64,000 nt of DNA from the human T2T-CHM13v2.0 reference genome, Homo sapiens: assembly GCF_009914755.1 (NCBI RefSeq), contig NC_060936.1. One strand, given 5' to 3'. Positions 29,794 to 43,160 of the stretch are shown one piece after another. Within the stretch, counting starts at the first letter, position 1; every line of letters starts with the position of its first letter. Below the pieces are notes generated by a model. The model was not told the origin of the DNA. It worked only from the letters and a program-made list of their open reading frames with translations, and made no database searches. The position numbers and the translations under genes were made by a program.

Positions 29794-32700
29794 TGAGTCA
29801 ACTCCCTCCGCCCCAGCCCCGCCTGTCTGCCCTGCCTCAGGAGAGGAGGGACAGGCGGAGGAGGAGGAGAGGAAGGTAGGACAGGGCACTCTGTCATCTG
29901 GCCTTTGGGCTGCGCTGCCCTCCCCCATCAGCTGCTCAACACCCCTCCCCCACCCCGCCCACCATCCTCATCCTCATCCAATCCCAAGGACAGATGGGGG
30001 CCAGTAGAGAGGGAGAAACGTGACCACAGTGAAAGCACTCTCAAGTGGTAACACAGTCCGGGGGTCACAGCTGTGTCCCCCGAGGCCTGGCCAGTCTCTC
30101 ATGTCCAGCCTTGATGTCTGGTCAGGCCTGGGCTAAAGTGAGTCTCTGTTGGTGGGGGGCGGATACTTCAGAATCCTAAGGGGAGATGGAGGAATCTGTT
30201 GGTGCCGGATTATCCCAGCAGACACACCCCAGTTAGAAATGCAGTCACTCTTGTGGTCACTCATCCATCCATCCATTCAACACACATTGAATAAGCCCCC
30301 ACCATGTCACAGTGTAATAGGAGGATGTAGAGGTGGGCAGTGGACTTCCTAACCAGCTTGACCAGGTAGGGACATGGCTGGTGGGCTTAATCCTCGTCCC
30401 AGGCTAGATGAAGGTCCTTTGTCTCTGCCCAGTGGTCTGAGCAGGGTGGACACCCCCAGCCCCCTCCTCCCCTCACACAGGCGCACATGCCGGTGGGTGG
30501 GTGCGCAGACACACACACTCCCAGCTGCTGCCAGAAACCCCCCTCCTGTGGTCTCTCTGGCCAATCACAGCACTGAGGAGTAAGTCCCACTGTCCGGTGG
30601 CCCCCAGGGAGTGTATTAGCACATTTGAACCGCTCAACCTGCAACTGACAAAGCCTGGGGCCTTGGGAGGGGACACAGCAGGAGGGGTGGGGGCCTGTGG
30701 GGAGCTCTCCTCCCGTCTGCCTCTCAGGGGGAAGCTCAAGACTAGATTAAGCATTCTGGGGCACAGAGGAATTTGGGGGCCCCAGCTCCAGCCGTGAATA
30801 AGCGATCCATAAAATCCCAATTTACACACTCACTGATCAAACAGCCCATCTACTACCCCAGGAGGTTGGGGGTGGCTCCTGGGCCTCTCCTGCTCTCAAA
30901 GAAGGTCCGGGGGAGCTGGGAACTGGACATAGGACGCAGGCTCCCAATGTTTTCCCTACAGCCTCAGTCCCATTCCCAATCCCCATGAGGGGTATCCATG
31001 CCAAGGGCGTGGGGCCTGCCGGTACCCCCTGTGACCTGGCTGCCTTGGGATGGGCTGGGGGGCTGCCTCAGTCAGGCAGCCATCTTTGTCCACCCTCTGT
31101 GAATAACAGCTCCTTTTTTCTCTTGTGTTGCCCTGGGGCCGCCAGGCCCGACTGCAACCTCATCAGAGCTGCTAATCACTTTTCCAGCTCTCCTCTCCTC
31201 CCCGCCCCCTTCTTCCCAACAGCCCCTCCACGTTTTCTCTGGACCCTCCACCAAAAGCTGCCCTGGGATGCTCAGGCCACCTTCCTTCCACTGTCTTGTC
31301 TCACCCCAAAGCTAGGCAATATCCAGGAACACAAGGGGCTCCAGGCTGGTGCTCTGTCCCCAGCCCATCTTCTGGGAGAAAGCAGGTAGAGAGAAATAGC
31401 CTTGTTATTACCCTAGTCCCTGCCACCAAAGAAAACACAACGTGTCTCCCTCTTGCCTAGGTGTTGTTTGCTCCCCTTGGTTAGGCTGCCTGCAATTTCA
31501 CCAAGAGAACACCATTCTGGTTAAGAAGGATTCTCTTTTAAACCAAATGGAACTTCTGGGAGGCTCCAGGCTGTCAGCCAGTCACACCTCCAGGAGGATT
31601 AGCAAGGCTGATTCTCCTTCTCCTTCCCACCTGCTCGAGGTGAGCTGCATGGGCCACTAGAAGTGTTCATGGAGGCCGGGGAAAGCGAGTCTTTGGGGCT
31701 GGGAATTGCCCACCACACCACACCCCACTTCTCACTACATGTGAGCTATGTTGGAGCAGGTCAGAGATGGATGTCAGCTCCTGGGCCCTGGGGGAAGAAA
31801 GGAGTAAGGGCTGCCCTGTCTGTGTGCTTCCCAGAGGCCACTGCACACTGGGCTGGGAGCTGGATCTCCATTGTCTCATTCAGTCCCCTCAGCAGGCTGC
31901 TGGGAGGATTGTGGTGTGAGCCTGTTCTACGGTGAGACATACTCCTTCCCTTCTCCCCTTTCTCCACTTCACTGGCTGCTCCAGGTACCCCACCCCAATA
32001 GAGCCTGTACCCATTAGTAACCTGGGTAAGGCAGGTGTCTGAAGGGCAACCTGAAAGACTGACCCACGGCTTGCAGGGGTCTCTGAGCCCACTCTAGCCA
32101 GCCCTTCCCCCTCCCATGACTCAGGTATTGCAGGGAGTGAGCACTGGCCTCAGAGTCAGCCTCTGAGATGTGGGACAATGTCTTGATCTGTTTCCTCCAT
32201 TGTGAAATGGGGGGTGGAGAGGCAGCATCCCCCTCACAGGCTGGCCTGAGGGCAGTGAAGGAGAGGTGGAACTTTCCTGACTAGCTGGAGGGGCCACCCA
32301 TGCAGGACCCAGGGCAGGCTCCAACTCGCTCCTAGAGACTGGCTAGGTGCAGTGGCCTGGGAAAGAGGTGGGGGGGCTGCTCTCCAGGCCCAGAAGGACC
32401 CAACTCATTTGACAGAGGACTCCAAAGAGAAAACATAATCCTGGAGCTGCCTGCGGGGCCCCAGAAGAGCTCTGCCTTGCAGGAATGAGTTCCCTGTCCT
32501 GCCCTGACCAGCTGACCGTCACTGAAAATACAGTCCCAAACCACAGCTTCCCAGGATGTCCTCGCCTGACCCCTGGCTGCTCTGACCTGTGTCCTGGGAC
32601 ATCTGTCACCAGCCTCTCCTCTGCTAATAGAGGGAGGAGCACCAGGGCCCTCCCATGACCCCCCCAGCCCACCCTCTGCCACTTAGAAACTGCCAGGCAA

Positions 32701-33588
32701 GTCTCATACTCCTGCTTCAAGTCCCTCCTGACAGCCCACTGTGCCCAGACGTAACTTGGTCTTGAGCCACATTCTTCACTGTCCCCGGGAATCTTAAGAG
32801 GAGAGGTAGGAATCTAGGTGAGAATCTTAGGACCCTCTGGGAGGGTCCACAGAGACCTCAGACTCAACATGCCCAAGGAAAACATCTCCACCTCCTCTCT
32901 CCCGATTCCATCTCTTCAGCTAGGCTGGAAACCTAGGAGTCCCTGTGTCTGTCTCTCCAGCCGCCACTCATCTAGCTGGCCATGAAGTCAGGTTAACACT
33001 CTCTCTAAAACAACCCACAGCTCTCATGTTCCCCACCACAGCTGGCCCCACCTCTGAATTCTGCCTCTGTTCTCTGCCTTCCTAATCCTTCTTCTGTGTG
33101 GCTGCTAGGGTGGTCTTTCTGTCTAAAACAGACTCAGCCTCCTACCAAGCACAGAGACGATGTTAACCCTTCAGCCTGGCACCAGAGGTGGATGAGTCTG
33201 TCCTTCCTTCCAGCTTCGGGCCCTTTCCAGCTCCTCCAGTCACATCAGCCCATTCTCTCTGAGGCTGTTCCTGTCTCCCTCTTTGGTGCCCCGAAGCATG
33301 TTCCAGGCACTTCTGCCCTTCCACTCCAATGCCCAATTTAGAGGTGACATCACTTGTTAACTGGGTTCCCATTCCCTCCGCTGCTCAGCCAGCCCCTGTC
33401 TGTGAGCCCTGGTACAAGTGGCTCTCTAGCCCTTTCTGCAGCTCTCTCTCTACCCTGACCTGCTCCTTCCCAAAGTCCCCTCCCTCAGAAAACATTCCCT
33501 GACACACAGTGGTAGAAAGAGCAGGGCCACTGGGAACGAGGATGACCTGGACTTTTTAATGATAGTCATGACTTTTTGTCAGCAATTA

Positions 33589-34409
<821 letters not shown>

Positions 34410-36857
34410 CTAGAGTCTCTTGGAGGGCCCCACACTTCCCCTCCCCGTAGCCAGTTTTAGGATCCAAGGTTGACTTGAGTCTGTTTGGGTGGCATGTGGC
34501 CTCCAAAAGGCTTAAGCTTTAAAGTCTGGGTGATCCTGTGTGCCCTAGCCCCAAATATGGCCCCTTCCCGTGCATGGGGGTGGGAGAGAGACATGCCCCC
34601 ACAGGGCCAGGCCTTACCAAAGGCGAGGAAACAGGCCCAGGCAGCCCACCCAGGAGTCCCCAGCAGCTGCCTCAGCCCCTCCTGCCCTCTTCCCAGCCCT
34701 GGGGGGGCTGAGCCGAGTAACTCCAGCTATGCAGCCCGGCCGGTCCACCTGGGTGTGAGTGGGCAGGGCTGTCCTCAAGGGGGTGGCCCCCCACACCTGC
34801 AGGGCCACAGGAACACAGAGGGAAAAAGATACTGGGGGGAGGGTGCTAGGAAAAGACTGAGCAACCACAGCAGCTCCTGTCTGCCTGCTCCCATATGGGA
34901 TTCTCAACACAAGCCAAGTCCGGCCCTGAGTGCTTCACACACATCAGTTCATTTAATCTGAGTGAGGACGTTATTCCCATGTTGCAGGTGAGGAAACTGA
35001 GGCTCGATTAACTTGTCTAAGTCACCAAGCTGGGACAGATGCCACCCCCAGCAGTCTTGCTCCAGATACTTCTCTGCCTGCCACAGCAGATGGTGGTGTT
35101 CCCATCGAACAGCTGAGAAAACTGAGGGAGCAGTTCATTCCCACCCTCTTCCTCAACCTCCCCTGCTCCCCCAGCCCTCCTTTCTTGAACCCCCTCCCAC
35201 ACTTAGCCACCAACCCCGGAGCTTAGCATATCTCAAACTTGTTCTCATGGGACCAGATAAATCCCTGCCCGGGTCTGAGAGGCGCTGGCCTCAAGGCTAG
35301 GACACAGGACTCTGGTTAGGGTCTCAGCCAGACTCTGCAGAGAGTGATCAGAAAGGACTGCAAGGCTGAGACTGTGCCAGAGGAGTGGGGAGGAGAAAGG
35401 CTCCTGAAGACCAGATCTCTGCACGACCGTGGCGGCCCCTGCAGCTCTGCACAGCCCCTCCTCCCCTTTTCCTCAAAAGAAGCAAATCCTCCATGAAAGA
35501 TTTTTGGCTTCACAGAAGGACTTGGCCCCATCTGAGAACACGTGAGCCATCTCTAGAAGTGCTGAGTCCCCATCAGTGGAGGCACTCGGCACCAGAGAAT
35601 GCCTTTCCCGGGAGGGGCACTGCTGGGCAGGTGGAAGGGCTCTCCCCTCCTCTCCCCTCCTCTCTTCTTCTCTGATATCTAATGATCACTACAAACTCAA
35701 CAAGTCCCAGAATGGACTCCTGACCTCCTCCTACCTCAGCCTCCCAGCTGCCTTCCTCATTTTACGCAGCTCCTTTTTTCTCAACAAGGGGCTCAGTCCC
35801 CAAAACTCAGGCCTGAGGAGGGCCACAGTGTGGAAGACGATGGTAAAAGAATGGCCAGCCCATGCCGGACACAGTGTGCCTGGAAAGGAAGCCCCTTCCT
35901 AGAGGAGTGAGGACCCAGCCACTGATGAAATGCTGTCCCTCCAGAGAGCAAGGAGGAAGGTGCAGTTTCTCCTGGTGTCCAGAGAGTTCCCAGGGAGCCC
36001 CTTTGCTCCAGCAGAAGGCAACAGACAGGCTGGGTGGGGAGGGAGCCGCATGATATGAGGGCTGGGGAAGAGGGATCCTTTTTCAGGTATAACCTAAATC
36101 CTACCAGTTTTCTTTCCCCACTGGCCTGGAAAGAACAAACACCTCCAGATTCTTAAGCATCCAAGGGTCAAATAGGGCACTCGGCTGCAGGTGGACCCTC
36201 CCCAAGCAGTGGCCCTTGTCTCACTTTGCTTCTAATGCCCACCGACACAGCCTCCCCCAGGAAAAGGCAATCTGCTCAGGACTCCTCTGAGGCAAGCCCC
36301 TGCTGTCAGATGCTGATCCTCCCCCTTACAGCCTCTGAAACCTGTCCTGTACCCTCGCCATAGCCCAGAGGCTGCCATTCCCCAGCTCACATGCCCTATG
36401 TGGCTTCCTTCTGCTTAGAGAATGCAGGGACAGTGGTCCTAAAAGCATAGCCTGTCCTTTTGCCTCTTCGCTGGTCCCCAACATCTTGTGAGCTCCTTGA
36501 AGGTGGCACCACATCAGAAAATAATGGTTGCTGGATGAATAGCTACCTGGATAAAATATTCAAGGCCTCACAGCCATGATACATGCTAGGCACTTGTGGC
36601 AAAGCAACACCAAAGCTGGGGCCACCCTTGGGCTCTCCCTGGCCATGTGGGAGGCTGCAGGTGGCTAAGGAAGCCAAAGCATAAAAGCCCCAGCTCAGAG
36701 CCTGGTCCATAGGTGTCCACTGCATGTGTGGGGAGGCTCAGGAAGGCCAATCCTGGCTGGACACCCGCGGGAGCAGCTGAGGTTCACCCAGAGCCTTGCA
36801 CAGTACTGGACACAGTGCGTAGGTGCTCAACACAGGTTTGTTAATAGTAAATGAAGT

Positions 36858-37176
<319 letters not shown>

Positions 37177-38593
37177 TCACATCTTCACATCCATCCCTGA
37201 TTAATCACAACACTGGGCTGGGGACCATGTGGCCTGAGTCTGCCCTGGCAGTGAGAGGGGACAGAGGGAGGTATGCTGCTACCTTCCAGATTCCTGCAGG
37301 CATCCATGCTGCCTCTCCTCCCATCTACCTGCCCACCCCCTGTCTGCCCTGACTCCATGTCGGAGGGGGCTTCAAATATGGCCTGGCAGGCTGGTTGCAA
37401 TGGCTCACACCTGTAATCTCAGTACTTTGGGAGGGCAAGATGGGAGGATCACTTGAAGCCAGGAGTTCAAGATCAGCCTGGGCAACATAGTGAGACCACC
37501 GCCTCTACAATTTTTTTTTTTTAAGATGACTTGGGCAAGCACTGCTGTGGGCCAGAACTTTCACACACACATGCCCTTTCCCCATCCTCACTCCTATGCT
37601 AGAAGGTCGTTCTCTGGAGTCCCTGGGCCCCGAGTCACTAAGCGGGTCCCCAAGGTAGGCTTCAGAATCAAAGGGGCAGACTATTTGAAACCAGGGCCAC
37701 ATCACCATCATATGAGGTTCTTATCCCCATTTTAGAAATGATGAAATTGAAACCCAAACAGATGAAGTCACTTGTCCGGAGTTACATCTGATTAGCAGCA
37801 AGGGGTTGCTGAAGCACAAAGCTTGGTCTCTAGGGTAGGGGTCATAACTGGTCATCAAAAATGGGGTTGGGGCTACAGAGGCAGGCCATGGCCACTGCCC
37901 AGCTCTCCCACTCACTAAGAACCCCCACTCTGCCTCCAACCCTGAAGATGAATATTCCAAAGGCTGACACTGTCCATACCTCGGTACTAAAGGAAAAGAC
38001 AGAAGGCACTCAGGGGGTTCGCACTGCAGTCCCCTTTCCTTGGCTAAGCAAACTGGGGAAATGCTGGCCTCAACAGTAACCACAGCCCTGAGCACCTGCA
38101 CCTAGAGTCATTCAAGACTAGGACTCAGGTCTCCCAGCTCTGACTCCTTTCATCCTCACAATATCCTGCTTAGGAGGTGGACACCATTCTTCACTCTATT
38201 TTCTCACCTCACAGATGAGATACAGAGTGTTTAACAAGTGTGTGGAAGCGTTAACTATGATTCATCAAGATGCTTATGAAACTGCTCGGAGAAGAGCAAT
38301 TGCCACTTGTTCCTGGAGACAAGTGGACCCTAAAAAAAAGGCTGGACAGCCTCTCTCCAAGCCACATAGTCAGAGATGAGATGACCAGCCCAGACCCTGA
38401 CCCAGCCAGTGTGAACTCTTCCCACTTAAAGGCTGGCCTAGTGCCTCAATCTCATACCCCTGGTCGCTTGGTTCTGGCGGTCCTACTGCAAGTAATATGG
38501 CCATGGAGTGAGCACTGAGTGGGGAGGTCAGGAAACCCAGGCTGCAGGCATGACTCTGTCCTCAGCACATCAGAGAGGGATGGACTGGGGTGA

Positions 38594-38755
38594 GGGTTTC
38601 TTGACATAAGGTCCCCATGGGCTTCAGGGGATCCAAGAATCCTCTAAAGCAGAATGCAAAGTCTGGTGTCAATTAACGGAAGTGCATTTTTCTGGGGATG
38701 GCTTTCATCAGTGTCTCCAAGGGCTCTGTAAATCAAAAAAAGTTATGGATACCCA
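38594..38755 (+). mobile_element. hAT-Charlie relic (MER117-like)
   Basis: GGGTTTCTTGAC...GGGCTTCAGGGGATCC...TGCATTTTTCTGGGGA...GCTTTCATCAG...AAAAAAGTTA; assignment from recall of the consensus. Confidence 0.5.
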
Positions 38756-40549
38756 GAATGGGTAATCTTGGAGGCTCCTTCCATGCCCTAGTATTCCTGG
38801 GTTATATATGGGTTTAAACGTGAAGTACACTCCCCATCCTTCAAGGCCAATTCAGTGGCTGCTCTGGGAAGCTCTAACAGATTTCTTGCTTCTTTGACTG
38901 CAGGGAAAGGCTGGGAGCCCAACACCACAGAGCCTGGCAGGGTCCCTCTGCCCTGATCTCCCTCACCAGACAGCCAGCTCCCAAAAGGGGGCAGGACCAG
39001 CCCAAGGCTAAGGTAGCAGATGCCAGCACCCCATACTTGACCTCTTGTGGCTCACTGCCCCCCCCCCACAGTCTCTGTCCCCTGAAGGGGGTCTCAGGGC
39101 TGCAGAGCACAGGGGCACTGGGGCCTGGAGTCCACATCTCCCTGCTGCAGCCCTGGAGCTTTGCAGAGCCATGCTCCTTCCAGGAACCTGGTTTTCATTA
39201 AATCGGGTAAAGGAGTCGATAACCGCCAAGTCCAGGAGAGGCAAAGTTCTGCTAGAAGGCACAGGGAAGGTGAGGGAGACCAGCCTGTCTCTTGCCCTCC
39301 CTGGCTGACCGACGGCAGGGGGAGGGGAAGGCAGGGCTCCTAAGGGTCCAGCAATGGCAGCAGTCGGAGCTGGGGGGAGAGTCGGGGGAGTCCTGGCCCA
39401 GATAATAAGCAATTGTTAATGTGATCCATATGGATCCTGACTGGCCTCTCTGTTTAACAGAATGATAATGGCAGGGAAAGAATGCTGGTCTGTGGGGAAG
39501 GGAAGGGGCAAAGTCCTCCCCGGACTTGGGGGGGTGGGGTAGGGTCATGGGGAGGAGAAGGAGGCGAATAAGGGAAAGGGAGAGGAGGAGCCCCACCCAG
39601 GGGTCTCCACCACCCAAGAGCACAGAGCTGTTTACCTGAAGGTGGCCAGATTCCATGCTATGCAGACTGCCTGGCTAAAGGCCCTTACAAAACCCCTTTT
39701 ATTCAGCCAACCAATATTTATGGAGCACCCACAAGGTGTCAAGCCCTGTGGCAAGCCCACTGGGGGCAGGGCCAGGGAGTACATGCTCCATTTCAGTCAA
39801 AGCCCTGAGTGGACCCCGCCACAAAGGCGGAAGGGAGCACAGGTGCAGGCCACGGAGGGAGGAGCAAGTGACAGAAGCTCGGGGCTGGGGAGGTGATGCG
39901 GAGGAGGTGCGCATCCGAGTTGGGCCCTGAAGAATAAGGAGGTTGTGGAAAGACAGGGACAATGAGGAAGGCATTTGGCTGGAGGAACAGCGGGAGCAAA
40001 GGCAGAGAGGCGTGAAATTGCGTGGAGAGAGCCCTAGATCTCAGCAATAAAGCTGCGGCCCAGGCAGGGCAGGGAGGGGAGTCCTGATCCATAAAAAGCT
40101 GTGGCCATGGGTGAGCAGAAGAAAGGCAGGAAAGGGCTCTGCGACGCCACACTCAGTCTGGGTGGCTCTCCCCAGCCTTCGCCCAGGCTGGTACTGGAAT
40201 TGACAGTTACGGGATCCTCAGCCCAGCCCTCAGCCATACCACGGCCAGAGAATCGGGCAGGGCCTCCGAAGCCAAACTCATTTCTGTGTCTCTCAGCCCC
40301 TTCTGTTTCTTCTTCTGGGGCGGGGGTGGGGGCAACAGGAATCCCCCCGAGGAATGCGGGTCCTCTAGGCCTCCCCAGGAGCAACTCCTCTGCCCCACAC
40401 AGCCTAATTCCCTTTGGCCCAAAAGGGCTTCGCCCAGAAGATATTACAGCGAGGACACGAGGGTCGCTCCCGTCTGCCTTGGATGCCAATGGAATCAAGT
40501 GGAAAGAAATGAAATGGTGTTAAACATGGGAAAGGGGATTTACGAGGCC

Positions 40550-43160
40550 TGTCACCCGTCCAGCCCAGCCACCCCAGCAAGCCCCGCCCCTTTCCTCGCC
40601 CACCCCAGGAAGTCCCGCCCCGCCCCCTGCCCGCAGCTCGCGCGGCCGCCCGGTACCCGCGTCCCACAGCTGGGTGGCGGCGGCACCACAGCACCGGGCA
40701 GCCCGGCGCGCCCGTCCTTGGGGGCTCAGGCACAGCGGGGAATGGCGTCGGTTCCGGACTGAGAGGCTCGGGGAGGCTTTAGGAGGATGCTATGGGATTT
40801 CGGGGTAGGCTCCGGGAGGGTCTGGGACTCCCTCTGCAGGGTCAGAGGGTTTCGCACCGTGGCATCTGCGGGCCCAGCCCACTCCAGAGACTGGGCGGCT
40901 CCACAGGGGAGGCCCCACGGCCCAGGAACCGGGAAGCCCACCTGCGCCGTAAGCCCAGAGTTGGGCTGGAACCGGGTCCCCACTCCTCGCTGCCGGGCGG
41001 AAAGCAGGAGACCGCTCCGCCGCCACAGCCCGTGCGGACAACACAAACATTCTTCAGTCCTCTATTCTCCTCCAAATTAGGTATCCATGGAGACAGGGCC
41101 GGCAGCCTGACAGCCCTACGGCCTAATCCTGATTTAGTGACCGTCCCTTTAACAGCCCACCCACCCGTCCACCCACCCCTGCGCTCCGGGCCGCCGCTGG
41201 GCGCAGGGTCCAGGCCGCGCGCTCTCTGCCCCGCGCAGACCCCTTCCCAGGCCTCCTCCTCTGGCGGGGGCAGGGGGACCAGCGGGGCTGGGGAAGGGCA
41301 CCAGCATTTGCTGATCACCTACAGGGTGCTCAGCAATCTGCGAAGGACCCTCTGCAGCGGCGGGGGGGTTGCTAGCATGCGAATCTCTGTGTAGAACAGG
41401 AGAGGGCTCTTGCGGTGGGGAAGTTTGAGGGGCCCTCTCTGGAGAGCTGGGCGCTCCGGGGGTCCCCCTTGTTGCCTGTAGCCCCAGGGTGAAGGTGAGT
41501 ACAGCCTCCTACAACCCCCTGACTCTGAGACGCGGGCTCTGTTCTCCCGGGCCAGAGGAGAAGACATGAAGAGGGTGGGTGTTAGGGGCGCGGGGACCCT
41601 AAGTAGCCTCGGCCTCCTGTCACTGCCCCGTCACCATGCTGGGGAATCTCCGGGCCAGTAACCCAGCCCCCACCCCTCCCACACACACACACACAGGGGC
41701 CGCTGGACAAAGACCTGACGGAGTGGGAGGGGCCTGCGGGCCGGCCCTCGGGCTCCGGACGCTGGATCCTTCTGGGACCCGAACCCGCAAACCTTGGCTC
41801 CCCACCCCCAGGCCAGCAGACGCCCCCGAGCCGGCTGCTCGCTTTCGCTGCAGCCCCCGCACCAGAGGGGGCTGCGAGACGGGTGCCCGTCGGCGGCCGG
41901 GCGGCTATCCCCTGCTCTGCCCGCCCCCTCCCCCCGGGAAGTGACCCTCGGCTCCCACGTACCCGCTAGGGTCTCTCGCCGGCCCTGCCCTCCGACCCCC
42001 GCCGAGCTGAACCCCGCGACTAGCAGCCCCCGCCCTCTCGGCCCTCTCCGGCCCCGGGCCGGCGGACAAAGCTCCGGACACCCTGACCGAACGGTCACCT
42101 CCCCCCGCCCCATCCCGGCCCGCCCGCGGCCCCGTACCTCGGCATCACGGCCGGGTCCTAGGTGAGTGTGCGCGGCCTGGGGGCGCGTCCGGCCCGGGGA
42201 CCGGGGCGGCGGCGCGGGCCGGGGGCGACAGGCCTGGGCTGGGGGGCAGTGGCGCTCACCATCCTGGAGCCGCTGCTGCTGCGGCTGCTGCGGCCGCCGC
42301 GGGCGGGAGCGGGACTGGGCAGTGGGGGTGGCCGGACAAGGGGCGGCCCCGGCTCCCCCCGCAGGAAAGACCCCCACCCCCACCCCCGCCTCCCCTCGCC
42401 CGCCCCCAGGGCCCTCCCTCGCAGGCCCTCCCTCCCCTCCCCTTTCCCTGCTCCTCCCTCTCCTAGTGCCCCTCTCTTCCCCCAGCTCCCGCCCCTTCTC
42501 TGGCCCCTCCACCCCCGGCTTCTTCCCCGCCCTCCCCCACCTCGCCCCCGCCCCGCCCCCACCTCCCCTGGGCTCGCCCAGCCCCTCCTTGCCACCCTCC
42601 CGGCTGGCCCCGCCCCCTCCCGCCCCTGGCTCTAAAATAAATTAGCCACAGAGGGGAAAAAAGAGCAAGTGACCCTCGGTGTGGAGAGTGTCCTTCGCCA
42701 CTCTCAGACCCGTCCGCCCCGCCTCTCCCGGCCGTCGGAGCGGGAAGCTGGGGTTGGGGTGGGGGTCGGGCCGGCGGGTAGGGGTGGGGGACGGCATGGG
42801 GACGGGGCCGAGGCCGGGACTGAGCAGCCCAGCCCGTCGAGCGTGTCCGCTGGATGTGGGCGGCTTCCTGGGTCGAAGGGCAAAGGGGAAGGCAGCCGGC
42901 CTGGGCCCGCCCCGTCCGCGGGCCGCCCCAGACCCCCTTTCCCAGGACTGCCTTGGCCCCCTGGCCCCAGTCTGGAGGACTCTTGCTCACTTCCTCCGCC
43001 CCCAGGTGAGCTGAGAACCCACTGCGCGCGGGACTCTGCTGCGCCTGCCCTCCCGGGCTGCAGAGGGCAGGACGCACCGCCAGGCAAGGCCGCGGCTCTG
43101 CGCTGATGCCACTCCGGGAGCGGGTGGCTGCGGGGGAGGAGGGCGAGCACTGGACGGGGG
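40550..43160. promoter_or_regulatory. CpG island: FIGNL2 promoter / bidirectional promoter
   Basis: Dense CpG, multiple GC boxes (CCCCGCCCC), splice donors on both strands and a CTCF-like CACCAGAGGGGGCTG at about 41860-41874. Confidence 0.85.
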
